From NCBI GenBank assembly GCA_963820525.1, contig CAWGAA010000001.1:352001-416000 (forward strand): a stretch of DNA of 64,000 bases, given 5' to 3'. Origin of the DNA: an uncultured Spirochaetota bacterium. GTDB taxonomy: Bacteria > Spirochaetota > Spirochaetia > SZUA-6 > Fen-1364. Both the position numbers and the translations under genes were made by a program. Below are positions 9,898 through 18,447 of the stretch, piece by piece. The notes below the pieces were generated by a model, which saw only the letters and a list, made by a program, of their open reading frames with translations, was not told where the DNA came from and searched no databases. How positions within the stretch are numbered: the first letter of the stretch is position 1; every line of letters begins with the position of its first letter.

Positions 9898-12014
9898 GCC
9901 AATTGACCGCCGTCTTCGGCGCGGGATCCGGCCGCGCCCTTTCGGATTCCAGAGGGGGACGGGCGGACGGCCGGGAAGGAGAAGCTGGCCTGAACGCCTC
10001 CCAGGCTGGACACGATGTCGAGAGTCCCGTCGACCCTCTCGGCGATGAGCCGTGCGAAGTACAACCCGAGCCCCTGGTGCCCAGGCTTGGTTGTGAAGAA
10101 AGGCCGGAAGAGCTTTCTCGCCTCCGAGTCGGTGATGCCCAGGCCATTGTCTTCGATCTGGATCGTGATTCGCGAATCATTTGCCGACCCCTGCACCAGG
10201 ATCGGACTTCCGACTCCGTCCTGAGCTTCTACGGCGTTTTCCAGAACGTAGACGAAGGCGTCCACCAGCTCTTCCGGATAGCAGGAGATCTGCGCCGCAG
10301 GTTGCAGGACGGCGGAGAACCGGGCGAGGGGAAACTTCCGCCTCACCCTTTCAACGGCCGTGCGCAGGAGCACGTCGGGAGCCGTCTGCGCGGGGATCGA
10401 TACCGTCGGCCCGCAGAACGATTCCAGCACCCGGATGAAGTCGCCGAGGATGACGCTCGCCTCAACGGCCTTGTCCAGGGCGCCTGCCGACTGCGGTGAG
10501 CCGTCCGGCGCGGCCGCGGCGCTCCCGGCGTCGATGGCGATCAGGGCCGCGGCCATGTCCCGCGCCGGCTCGCGCAGCCGGGAGACCACTCCCCGCAGGA
10601 CGGCGCGAAGCTCGGAGAGCTTTCCGGCCTGGAGGGCGCGCTCCCTGTGCATAAGAGCGCGCTCGAGTGAGATCTGAAGCTGGGCGTTCTTCCGCTCGAG
10701 CTCGGCGAGGTAGCCCGGAGAGCCCCGCCTGACGCCGGCAAAGAGCGCCGAATCCGCGATGCGGATGATAAGCGATCGAAGCGGCACGAGAACGAGAAAT
10801 ATCAGGGCCGCAGCGAAAAAATCCCCCAGGGGAGGCTTCAGGTGATAGCCGCGCGCCAGGGCGTCCCTCAGCGGCAGGAACAACAGGGAGAAGAAGGCGA
10901 ACATCACCAGGAAGAGCGCGACGTAGATTGCGTAGCGGGTGAGCACGAATCTGATGTTGAAAAGGCGATGATGGGTCAGCCCGACGATCAGAAAAATCGG
11001 GATGAATGCGAGGAACACCTCCGCGAAATTGCCCAGGCTCATCCGCATGGAGGAGGCATCGCCGAGAATCAGCGGCAGCTGATCGAAGAAGAAATACGGG
11101 GGAAGGGCGATGAGCATTCCGGCGAGAATCCACAAAAGCTGCTTCTTCTCCGCCTGGGTGCCCGCCCTCAGGTATGAGCTCACCATGAGGCAGGCCCACG
11201 CGACGTAGGCGACGCCATCCGCCACGTTGTTGATCTGGCCGAGAAACCGGTAGCGCGCGTACCACTCCTCCAGGCCGCTCGCCCTCCACGCGAAGAAATC
11301 AGTCATGCGGGCGGCGACGAACGCCGTGTAGACGAGGAGGATGGCGCCGAGCAGGGAAGCGCGGAGCCAGCGGGGACCGCGCGGCTTCGGGAAATACAGC
11401 CCGGAAAGCACGAGGAGCCATGAGGTGATTTTTCCGAAATGAATGAGAAAGTTGGAGAGCGCGTTTTCGTAGTAGAAGGGCTTCACGCAGGTGAACACGA
11501 GGTAGCTGAGCGCGGCGAGCACCAGGGGCAGCGTGTAGGACTCACCGGGGATCTTGAGGGAAAGCGTGAAGGCCGTGCAGGCCAGGGCCAGGGCGAAGAT
11601 CAGGACGAATACCCAGTCGATCCGTGAAAGCATGATGGACGGCGTGATCATGACGGTGAGGATATCGCCGCCGTCCCTTCGGACCTGCACGGGAAAAGGA
11701 TCGAACCCCTTTATCCGGGAGTCCGCCTTTTCGATGTCGAGGCTTCCATGGATCGGCAGGCCGTTGACGGCGAGGATTTCATCCCGGTGCGGGATAAGTC
11801 CCGCCGCCACCGCCGGGGAAAACGGCGCCGTCGGAGAGAAGATCACGGCCCCGTCACGGACGACCACTTCGGGGTAATTGGCCACGAGGCCCGTATTCGG
11901 CTTGGCGAGAAAGCGGGCGAAGTAGACCGCGGAGACGAGGCTGAACGCCGTGCAGAGGGCCAGGAGAATGAGGACACGGCCGCGCGTGCGCAGGACGACC
12001 AGCAGATCGCGCAT
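9894..12014 (-). CDS. Membrane sensor: extracytoplasmic PDZ + multi-TM + HATPase; atypical histidine kinase lacking the H-box His
   Basis: PDZ SPAVAAGL..DEILAVNG; about 8-10 TM helices; N box VLENAVEA, G1 IEDNGLGI, F box LFRPFFTTK, G2 GLGLYFA; H-box reads GVVSRLREP. Confidence 0.85.
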   Translation of the reverse strand: MRDLLVVLRTRGRVLILLALCTAFSLVSAVYFARFLAKPNTGLVANYPEVVVRDGAVIFSPTAPFSPAVAAGLIPHRDEILAVNGLPIHGSLDIEKADSRIKGFDPFPVQVRRDGGDILTVMITPSIMLSRIDWVFVLIFALALACTAFTLSLKIPGESYTLPLVLAALSYLVFTCVKPFYYENALSNFLIHFGKITSWLLVLSGLYFPKPRGPRWLRASLLGAILLVYTAFVAARMTDFFAWRASGLEEWYARYRFLGQINNVADGVAYVAWACLMVSSYLRAGTQAEKKQLLWILAGMLIALPPYFFFDQLPLILGDASSMRMSLGNFAEVFLAFIPIFLIVGLTHHRLFNIRFVLTRYAIYVALFLVMFAFFSLLFLPLRDALARGYHLKPPLGDFFAAALIFLVLVPLRSLIIRIADSALFAGVRRGSPGYLAELERKNAQLQISLERALMHRERALQAGKLSELRAVLRGVVSRLREPARDMAAALIAIDAGSAAAAPDGSPQSAGALDKAVEASVILGDFIRVLESFCGPTVSIPAQTAPDVLLRTAVERVRRKFPLARFSAVLQPAAQISCYPEELVDAFVYVLENAVEAQDGVGSPILVQGSANDSRITIQIEDNGLGITDSEARKLFRPFFTTKPGHQGLGLYFARLIAERVDGTLDIVSSLGGVQASFSFPAVRPSPSGIRKGAAGSRAEDGGQLA

Positions 12015-12017
12015 GAT

Positions 12018-13010
12018 TTAGTCGCCCTCGCGCTGGGTGCTGGGATACAGCGGCGCCCGAACGCGATAGATCTTCTTGCCTTCGAACACGCCGGCGTGCA
12101 CGCAGAAGTCCTTCAAGACGTCAGGCACTACCCGATGGACGTCGGCCGTGAGGGTGAATCTGCCGGGCTCGGTGAACCTCTGGCCGAGGTGGAAAGCGGA
12201 GTTCAGGGCGTCGCAGATGATCCCTCCCGTCCTCTTCTCCCTGTAGATCATGGAGCCGAGGGAGAGTGCCATGCGAAACGAGAGATAGTTCGGCAGTGGG
12301 GATTCCTCGACGTCGTAGAAGGGACGCAGGAGCTGGAGACGGAAGGCGCAGACCATCGGCATGCAGATGCGCCCTCCGACGGGAAACAGAACGATCCCGC
12401 CGAAGCCGGACCACAGCCACAGCTTTCCGCCGTACGGCGAAACTCCGCGATCGATGAAGGAGCGGAAGGTATCCAGCGCATGCGCGAGGTTCTCGTGGCC
12501 GTAACGCTTCTTCATCTCCTCGGCGTCATCCACCTCGATGAAGAGGAAGTAGAACGGGTACTCCCGGCCTTCGACGATTTGAGCCCACGTGCGCGCCGCC
12601 TGTTCAAGATCGGTGACGGCGGGCTCTCCCGTCTCTCCGCGCTGCGACCGCGCATATGCCACGACCTCGCTTACCCGGGCGGCGGACAGCCCGACTTTGG
12701 CCAGGGGCTTGCCCATGTAGTCAACGGCGCCGCGCCGGAACAGGGAGGCGGGATCCGAGACGCTGCCCGTGAAATCGATCACGCCGAAGAGCACATCGGG
12801 GTTCTCCTCCATCACGCCGACGCGCCTGTTCTGCTCTCGAGGCCCGAGGCCGGCCATGTCGAGGTACACGAGGCTTCCCTTGCCGATGGTCGGAAGGTTC
12901 CGCCTGAGGGCGTCGAAGGGATATACTTCGAGGCTGAGCCCCTCGCCCGCATGCCGCGTCCTGCTCTTCAGCCACGCCTGCTTGGTCTTCGAAAAGACGA
13001 ATACTCTCAT
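12018..13010 (-). CDS. Atypical receiver domain + degenerate class III nucleotidyl cyclase domain
   Basis: REC-like LVYLD...GAVDYMGKP; cyclase-like FLFIEVDD, GGKLWLWSGFGG, FRMALSLG, DALNSAFHL; ATG 13010 overlaps the upstream TGA. Confidence 0.7.
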   Translation of the reverse strand: MRVFVFSKTKQAWLKSRTRHAGEGLSLEVYPFDALRRNLPTIGKGSLVYLDMAGLGPREQNRRVGVMEENPDVLFGVIDFTGSVSDPASLFRRGAVDYMGKPLAKVGLSAARVSEVVAYARSQRGETGEPAVTDLEQAARTWAQIVEGREYPFYFLFIEVDDAEEMKKRYGHENLAHALDTFRSFIDRGVSPYGGKLWLWSGFGGIVLFPVGGRICMPMVCAFRLQLLRPFYDVEESPLPNYLSFRMALSLGSMIYREKRTGGIICDALNSAFHLGQRFTEPGRFTLTADVHRVVPDVLKDFCVHAGVFEGKKIYRVRAPLYPSTQREGD

Positions 13011-13930
13011 CGCTTCTCCCACAGAAGGCTGTAGCGATAGAGGGGGCTGTTCTCGGGTCCCGCCACGGGCTTGAAAAACTGGGAAAGCTTCCCTCCGAGG
13101 TCCGTGTACACCCCGGGTGAGACGGTGAGGCATCCCGGCTTGGTGAACTTGGATTCCAGCTGCTCCACCCGCCTGATCGTCTCGCTGGAGGAGTCTTTTC
13201 CGCCGGAGAGGAACTTGCACGGGCCCGCGTGCACGGAAAGGCGCACGTCGAGGGGCTCCGGGAGCCGGGAGTGCAGGAGGTTGAAGAGGAAAAGCTCGTG
13301 CAGGATTTCCATGGCGCAGAGGGTGGCATGGAGGTTCTTATCCATGAAGTAGAACGCGGCGAGCCCTCCATCGCCCTCCCAGCTCCAGATGCGGCCGTTC
13401 CTCTTCTCCGCGCTCCACTGGATCAAGCTGCGCACCCGATCGAAAGCGCCGCGGACGATCTGCTGCGGGTAGGTTCGAAGCAGCTTCGTGTTCTCGACGA
13501 TGTCCGCCCGCATGAGCGCAAACTCGTAGATGTTGCCCTCCTGGAGGGTGCCCCAGCCCATCGTCTTCGCCCTTTGGGCCGATTCCACGAAGACTCTCTC
13601 CGTCTGGCTGTAGCGGTAGCCCTGCGCCTCCACCTCTGCGATGATCCGGTCGAGAAACTGGATCCGCATCGCGCGGCCCATGTCTCCGTTGTAGTGAACG
13701 TCGATGAGGGACTCAACGAGCTTCAGCAGGTAGCCTTCGCGGAGCACGTCGGAGAAGACCTGTCGCGCCGCGTCGACGCGGGGAATGGGAATGTTGGGCG
13801 GAAAGCCGGAGCGCATGTAAATGTCGTAGTCGGGGATGACCTTTTGTGCGATTCTGACGATCATGTCCACGGACAGGGAATGGGAGAGCGCCCGCACAAC
13901 GAGGTTTTCAAGCGCCGCATGGCTCATCAT
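13007..13930 (-). CDS. N-terminal helical domain + class III adenylate/guanylate cyclase-like domain
   Basis: ALMRADIVENT and WSWEGDGGLAAF (both metal Asp), VRLSVHAGP, ETIRRVEQLES; ATG 13930 overlaps the thioesterase stop. Confidence 0.8.
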   Translation of the reverse strand: MMSHAALENLVVRALSHSLSVDMIVRIAQKVIPDYDIYMRSGFPPNIPIPRVDAARQVFSDVLREGYLLKLVESLIDVHYNGDMGRAMRIQFLDRIIAEVEAQGYRYSQTERVFVESAQRAKTMGWGTLQEGNIYEFALMRADIVENTKLLRTYPQQIVRGAFDRVRSLIQWSAEKRNGRIWSWEGDGGLAAFYFMDKNLHATLCAMEILHELFLFNLLHSRLPEPLDVRLSVHAGPCKFLSGGKDSSSETIRRVEQLESKFTKPGCLTVSPGVYTDLGGKLSQFFKPVAGPENSPLYRYSLLWEKR

Positions 13931-14319
13931 GGGCTCAAGCCCTCCAGATGGAAGCGCTGGGGAAGCGGCGCTGGCCTGCCGTTCTCGTCTATGCAGGCCC
14001 ACTTCACCTCGGCTTCCGCTATCTCCTCTCCGCCGCGGAGGATTCTCTGACTGAGAACGCCGCTCAGCCGCGAGCGCTTGAGCGGCCGAGTAATGATGCG
14101 AAGCTCGTCTTCCGCCAGAGCTGGGCGCTTGTACCTGATGAGGATTTCGGCAACCAGAAAGGCGAACCCTGCGGCACGAAGCTCTTCAACGGAGAAAGAG
14201 AGGTCGCGGAGGAACCTGTGGCGGGCGAACTCGAGGTAGTTGAGGTAAACGGCATTGTTGACATGGCCATAGCTGTCGCACTCGTAGGAGCGGACGCTCA
14301 GGGTGCAGCTATGCTCCAT
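13927..14319 (-). CDS. Acyl-CoA thioesterase, 4HBT/YbgC-FadM hotdog family
   Basis: VRSYECDSYGHVNNAVYLNYLEFAR, IRYKRPA. Confidence 0.92.
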   Translation of the reverse strand: MEHSCTLSVRSYECDSYGHVNNAVYLNYLEFARHRFLRDLSFSVEELRAAGFAFLVAEILIRYKRPALAEDELRIITRPLKRSRLSGVLSQRILRGGEEIAEAEVKWACIDENGRPAPLPQRFHLEGLSP

Positions 14320-14450
14320 GCGCCGATCCGCCTCTTACCACGTCACCGTTCCTCCCATGGCTCCCCGGCTTCTCGCGACCCCTAAGGCAGATCCGAGACC
14401 GGCCCATAGACCTGCCGTCAACAGGCCGGAAAAGGGGGACATTCTTCACC

Positions 14451-14480
14451 ATTCTATCGCGCATCTCATTACGCGGTCAA
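14451..14480 (-). promoter_or_regulatory. Putative sigma70 promoter of the thioesterase-cyclase operon
   Basis: TTGACC-N18-TAGAAT on the minus strand. Confidence 0.5.
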
Positions 14481-14497
14481 GCAAATCATCTGCATTA

Positions 14498-14526
14498 TTG
14501 ACAGAAGCGGGGACGGTTGCTATAGT
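14498..14526 (+). promoter_or_regulatory. sigma70 promoter of tRNA-Met
   Basis: TTGACA-N17-TATAGT with extended -10 TG and a GC-rich discriminator. Confidence 0.8.
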
Positions 14527-14543
14527 GCGTGGCCAAGTGCCGC

Positions 14544-14616
14544 GGCGGCGTAGCTCAGATGGTAGAGCATGCGGCTCATATCCGCAGTGTCAGGGGTTCA
14601 AGTCCCTTCGCCGCTA
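14544..14616 (+). tRNA. tRNA-Met (CAT), elongator type; CCA not encoded
   Basis: GGCGGCG/CGCCGCT acceptor stem, D arm TAGCTCAGATGGTAGAGC, anticodon arm TGCGG-CTCATAT-CCGCA, T loop GGTTCAAGTCC. Confidence 0.93.
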
Positions 14617-14649
14617 TCAAGCGAACAATTCATGGAACGCTCGGGCATG

Positions 14650-14679
14650 AAAAAAGCCAGTCGCCAGACTGGCTTTTTT
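14650..14679. terminator. Bidirectional intrinsic terminator between the two tRNAs
   Basis: AAAAAA-GCCAGTC-GCCA-GACTGGC-TTTTTT. Confidence 0.9.
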
Positions 14680-14751
14680 AGCAGGGGCAGGATTTGAACC
14701 TGCGACCTCCGGGTTATGAGCCCGACGAGCTTCCAACTGCTCTACCCTGCG
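14679..14751 (-). tRNA. Initiator tRNA-fMet (CAT); CCA not encoded
   Basis: Reverse complement CGCAGGGTAGAGCAGTTGGAAGCTCGTCGGGCTCATAACCCGG...CCCTGCTA; unpaired C1:U72 and three G:C pairs in the anticodon stem. Confidence 0.95.
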
Positions 14752-14762
14752 TCGTGGCTTTC

Positions 14763-14792
14763 AGTATATCGCCAGCGGCGGGAAAACGTCAA
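14763..14792 (-). promoter_or_regulatory. sigma70 promoter of tRNA-fMet
   Basis: TTGACG-N18-TATACT on the minus strand. Confidence 0.7.
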
Positions 14793-14851
14793 GGGGGCGC
14801 GGAGTTTCCGGGCCGGCGGGCCCGGTATTTCGACCATGGCGGCGGCTCACC

Positions 14852-14880
14852 TTGACATCCGCCTTCTTCGGCACCATAGT
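14852..14880 (+). promoter_or_regulatory. sigma70 promoter of the amino-acid ABC operon
   Basis: TTGACA-N17-CATAGT; SD AGGAGG before ATG 14907. Confidence 0.65.
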
Positions 14881-14906
14881 GAGCGAAACTCACGAAGGAG
14901 GAACAT

Positions 14907-15653
14907 ATGCTCAGAAAGATTGTTCTCGGGCTCATGCTCGCGGGCGTTCTCTTCGGGATGCTCTCCTGCGCCCAGAAGGCGGCCGCGAAGATCGTGATCG
15001 CCACGGACGCCACCTGGCCTCCCATGGAGATGGTGGATGAGAACAAGAACATCGTCGGCTTCGACGTGGACCTTCTGAACGCCGCTGCGAAAGCGGGCGG
15101 GTTCGCGGTGGAGTTCAAGAACACGGCCTGGGACGGCATCTTCGCCGGCCTTGAGGCGGGCAAGTACGACGCGGTCATGTCCTCGGTCACCATTACGGAC
15201 GAGCGCAAGAAGACCATGGACTTCAGCATACCCTACATCAACGCCGGACAGATCCTCGTCGTGAAGAGCAACGTCTCCAACGTCAGCACGCTTGCCGACC
15301 TCAAGGGCAAGACGGTTGGGGCCCAGATCGGTACGACAGGCGCGTTCGAGATCGACAAGGTTAAGGACGTGAAGAAGAAGGAGTACGACGAGATCGGGCT
15401 CGCCTTCGAGGATCTCGCCAACGGCAGGCTGGACGCGGTTGTCTGTGACACTCCCGTGGCCGCCCAGTATGCGCTGCAGAACGACAGCTACAAGGGCAAG
15501 CTGAAGATCGTCGGGCAGCCCTTTACCGAGGAGTTCTATGGAGTGGCGGTGAAGAAGGGCAACGCGAAGGTCCTCGACCAGATCAACGCGGGCCTCAAGA
15601 AGGTCATCGACTCCGGTGAAGCGAAGACCCTCGAGGAGAAATGGCTGAAATAA
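14907..15653 (+). CDS. Polar (basic/Gln-type) amino-acid ABC transporter substrate-binding lipoprotein
   Basis: Lipobox MLSC; ATDATWPPME, GFDVDL, WDGIFAGL, TITDERKK, GAQIGTT. Confidence 0.93.
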   Translation: MLRKIVLGLMLAGVLFGMLSCAQKAAAKIVIATDATWPPMEMVDENKNIVGFDVDLLNAAAKAGGFAVEFKNTAWDGIFAGLEAGKYDAVMSSVTITDERKKTMDFSIPYINAGQILVVKSNVSNVSTLADLKGKTVGAQIGTTGAFEIDKVKDVKKKEYDEIGLAFEDLANGRLDAVVCDTPVAAQYALQNDSYKGKLKIVGQPFTEEFYGVAVKKGNAKVLDQINAGLKKVIDSGEAKTLEEKWLK

Positions 15654-16456
15654 GAAGCCCGCTGCGCGAGGCGAGAAACGCCCACAATGCGAAAATCGAG
15701 GTCACAGACGGCGCATTGATCCCCGAAAAGGGGGAGAAGCCGGTCCTCTCGGCCTGGCGAATCTCCTTTTTCGGGGCAATCGCCCTCCTTGTTGCGCTGC
15801 CCTTCATCGAACCCGACCCGTACAAGAACATTCTCCTCTTCATTCCCGACGGCATCCTTCGAACCCTCGAGGTGACCGTTCTCTCCATCGTGTTCTCTCT
15901 GTTTGTCGGCCTGATCACGGGGCTCGGAAGGATCTCGCGGGTACCGATCATCAACAGGATCGCCACGATCTACGTGGAGATCATCCGCGGCATCCCCCTT
16001 TTGGTGCAGATCTTCTACATCTACTACGCCATGGGGAAGCTTATAAGAGTCCCCGACATAACGGCGGCAGTCATTGCGATGACGGTCTGCTACGGGGCAT
16101 ACCTCGGCGAGATCTTCCGCGCCGGCATCCAGTCCATCCACAAAGGGCAGATGGAGGCCGCGATCGCCCTCGGCCTCACCCGGGGCCAGGCGATGATCCG
16201 CATCATTCTTCCCCAGACCGTGCGTGTCGTGCTTCCCCCGCTGGGAAACGAGTTCATAGCGCTGCTGAAGGACTCTTCGCTCGTCTCGATCCTCGCCGTC
16301 TCGGACCTTCTTCGACGCGGCAGGGAATACGCCGCGAAGACCTTCTACTATTTCGAGGCGCTCACCGTCGTCGCCCTCGTGTACCTTGTCATGACGCTTT
16401 TCTTCTCGAAGCTGGTGGCGCTCATGGAAGAAAGGTTGAACCGGCGTGGCAGATAG
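15641..16456 (+). CDS. Polar amino-acid ABC transporter permease
   Basis: [16 protein letters not shown] motif [17 protein letters not shown]. Confidence 0.93.
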   Translation: MAEIRSPLREARNAHNAKIEVTDGALIPEKGEKPVLSAWRISFFGAIALLVALPFIEPDPYKNILLFIPDGILRTLEVTVLSIVFSLFVGLITGLGRISRVPIINRIATIYVEIIRGIPLLVQIFYIYYAMGKLIRVPDITAAVIAMTVCYGAYLGEIFRAGIQSIHKGQMEAAIALGLTRGQAMIRIILPQTVRVVLPPLGNEFIALLKDSSLVSILAVSDLLRRGREYAAKTFYYFEALTVVALVYLVMTLFFSKLVALMEERLNRRGR

Positions 16457-17177
16457 GGTTCGCATCATAGACGCGTGCAAGACCTTCGGCAAAGTGGTTG
16501 CCCTCAACCACGCGAACATATCCGTCAAGCCGGGAGAGGTCGTTCTGGTCATCGGGCCGTCGGGCAGCGGCAAGAGCACGCTCCTTCGCTGCATCAACAG
16601 GCTGGAGAACCTCACCTCGGGGGAGATCTGGATCGACGACGAGCAGGTCACCGATCGCCGCGCGGACATCAGAAAGATCCGCGAGGAGGTCGGGATGGTT
16701 TTCCAGTCCTTCAACCTCTTCCCCCATCTCTCGGCGATGGGGAATATCACCCTGGCTCCGAGGATCGTGAAAAGGATTTCGGACACCGAGGCCGGTGAGC
16801 TGGGGCGCAGCCTGCTGGCCAGGGTCGGCCTTTCGGAGAAGGAGCACTCCTATCCCGACCAGCTCTCCGGAGGCCAGCAGCAGCGGGTGGCAATCGCGCG
16901 CGCTCTGGCCATGAGCCCTAAGGTGATGCTCTTCGACGAGCCGACGTCGGCCCTGGACCCCGAGATGATCAAGGAGGTCCTCGACGTCATGGTGGAGCTG
17001 GCTCGGGAGGGGATGACCATGCTCGTCGTTTCCCATGAAATGGGTTTTGCCCGGGCCGCGGCGCACAAGGTTGTCTTCATGGACAACGGGGAGGTTCTGG
17101 AAGAGGGCCACCCGGAGGAGCTGTTTGCTCATCCCCGGGAGGAGAGGACTCAAAGGTTCCTCAAGCACATCCTCTAG
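16446..17177 (+). CDS. Polar amino-acid ABC transporter ATPase (GlnQ-like)
   Basis: [33 protein letters not shown]. Confidence 0.95.
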   Translation: MADRVRIIDACKTFGKVVALNHANISVKPGEVVLVIGPSGSGKSTLLRCINRLENLTSGEIWIDDEQVTDRRADIRKIREEVGMVFQSFNLFPHLSAMGNITLAPRIVKRISDTEAGELGRSLLARVGLSEKEHSYPDQLSGGQQQRVAIARALAMSPKVMLFDEPTSALDPEMIKEVLDVMVELAREGMTMLVVSHEMGFARAAAHKVVFMDNGEVLEEGHPEELFAHPREERTQRFLKHIL

Positions 17178-17184
17178 ACAAACG

Positions 17185-17208
17185 AAAAGAGACCCAAGGG
17201 GGCCTCTT
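17185..17208 (-). terminator. Intrinsic terminator downstream of rpsU (possibly bidirectional)
   Basis: Minus strand AAGAGGCCC-CCTT-GGGTCTCTT followed by TTCGTTT. Confidence 0.6.
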
Positions 17209-17236
17209 CTTATGACAGGATTCCTCGGGAAGTGAA

Positions 17237-17446
17237 CTAGTAGCTCTTCATCTGGGAAACCTTGCGGGCCCTCTTCATTCGCTTGCGCTCAAGGGCCTTC
17301 TTCTTCCTGTTGAGGATGGCGGAAGGCTTCTCATAGAACTCCCGCTTCTTCCACTCGCGGATTATCCCTTCCTTTTCCACCTGGCGCTTGAATCTCTTTA
17401 TCGCCTTCTCCAGGGGTTCATCCTCGCTCACTTCGATGTAGGCTAT
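17237..17446 (-). CDS. rpsU: 30S ribosomal protein bS21 (probable ATA start at 17446; ORF track gives GTG 17455)
   Basis: [33 protein letters not shown] is the bS21 signature. Confidence 0.95.
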   Translation of the reverse strand: MAYIEVSEDEPLEKAIKRFKRQVEKEGIIREWKKREFYEKPSAILNRKKKALERKRMKRARKVSQMKSY

Positions 17447-17451
17447 TGTAA

Positions 17452-18447
17452 TCACCTCCCTTCGTTTCGCAATGTGCCAAAGATACTAATGAAAACGGGG
17501 CTTTTGTCAAGAATCGGGGTTGTGAGGAGGCTCTCCGGATCCACGGCGACACCCATCACTTCGACCTCCCAGTGCAGGTGAGGGCCCGTGGCAAGCCCCG
17601 TCTGGCCCACCCTGCCGAGGAGCTGGCCTTTGTCCAGCACATCCCCTTCCTTCACGTCGATCTCGGAGAGGTGGAAGTACAGGGAATAGAGGCCGGGCAT
17701 ATGCTCCAGAACGACGCTGTTGCCCGTCATGATGCGCGCCGCGGCCATGACCACGCGGCCCCGTGCGCAGGCGGCGACGGGGCTTCCCGCCGGAAGAGCA
17801 TAATCGACCCCATAGTGGACGCTCGCCTCCACCCCTCCTGCCGAATAGCGGTACACCCTTCGATCCCCGAAGCCTGCGCTCTTCCTCAGGGGCTCCACGG
17901 GACGCAGGAAGAGCCCCGCTTCGAAGAGGGCATCCGCGTGGGGACTCGCTACCGCCCGCGCTAATGCAAGGGCCTCTGCGGTCTTCTTTTCGTCGGAAAC
18001 GGTTATCAGGTTGGTCAGGGCCTGATCCAGCGGGATCTCCTCGGATACGAAGCGCTTCGGCGAAACAGCGACCGCGGCCACCTGGAGGAAGGTCCTTCCC
18101 TTGCTCGCCGCCGTCACCACGAGCCTGTAGTCTCCCCCGGGGGCCGTGGCAGGCACTCCAATGAGGCCCGCCCAGGGGGATTCCCCCGACTGGGCATCAA
18201 GACGGAACGTCGATGCCCGCGATACCGTATTGCCGTGCCCGTCTGCAAGGAAGGCGGCAAGCGAATCGATGCCCTCCGCCCAACGGGCGGCAATCCTCAC
18301 CAGGCCGCCGGGCTCCGCCCGATCCTCGCAGACTATTTCCGGGGTGAAGATGATCGGCCCGGGGGGACTCGCCGCCGTAGCGCTCTGGGCCGACAGGGAT
18401 TGCGCGAAGAGCGCGAAGAGAAAAACGGGGATGAGGGAAGTCTTCAT
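17452..18447 (-). CDS. M23 family metallopeptidase, secreted
   Basis: Signal peptide; [28 protein letters not shown] overlaps the recJ stop. Confidence 0.9.
   Translation of the reverse strand: MKTSLIPVFLFALFAQSLSAQSATAASPPGPIIFTPEIVCEDRAEPGGLVRIAARWAEGIDSLAAFLADGHGNTVSRASTFRLDAQSGESPWAGLIGVPATAPGGDYRLVVTAASKGRTFLQVAAVAVSPKRFVSEEIPLDQALTNLITVSDEKKTAEALALARAVASPHADALFEAGLFLRPVEPLRKSAGFGDRRVYRYSAGGVEASVHYGVDYALPAGSPVAACARGRVVMAAARIMTGNSVVLEHMPGLYSLYFHLSEIDVKEGDVLDKGQLLGRVGQTGLATGPHLHWEVEVMGVAVDPESLLTTPILDKSPVFISIFGTLRNEGR
17483..17510 (-). promoter_or_regulatory. Putative rpsU promoter inside the 3' end of the M23 gene
   Basis: TTGACA-N16-TAGTAT on the minus strand, in a locally AT-rich patch. 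Confidence 0.5.

Noticed and set aside
14544..14751. tRNAs as integration sites of a genomic island
   Set aside because: No integrase, no duplicated tRNA 3' end seen, and ordinary flanking genes
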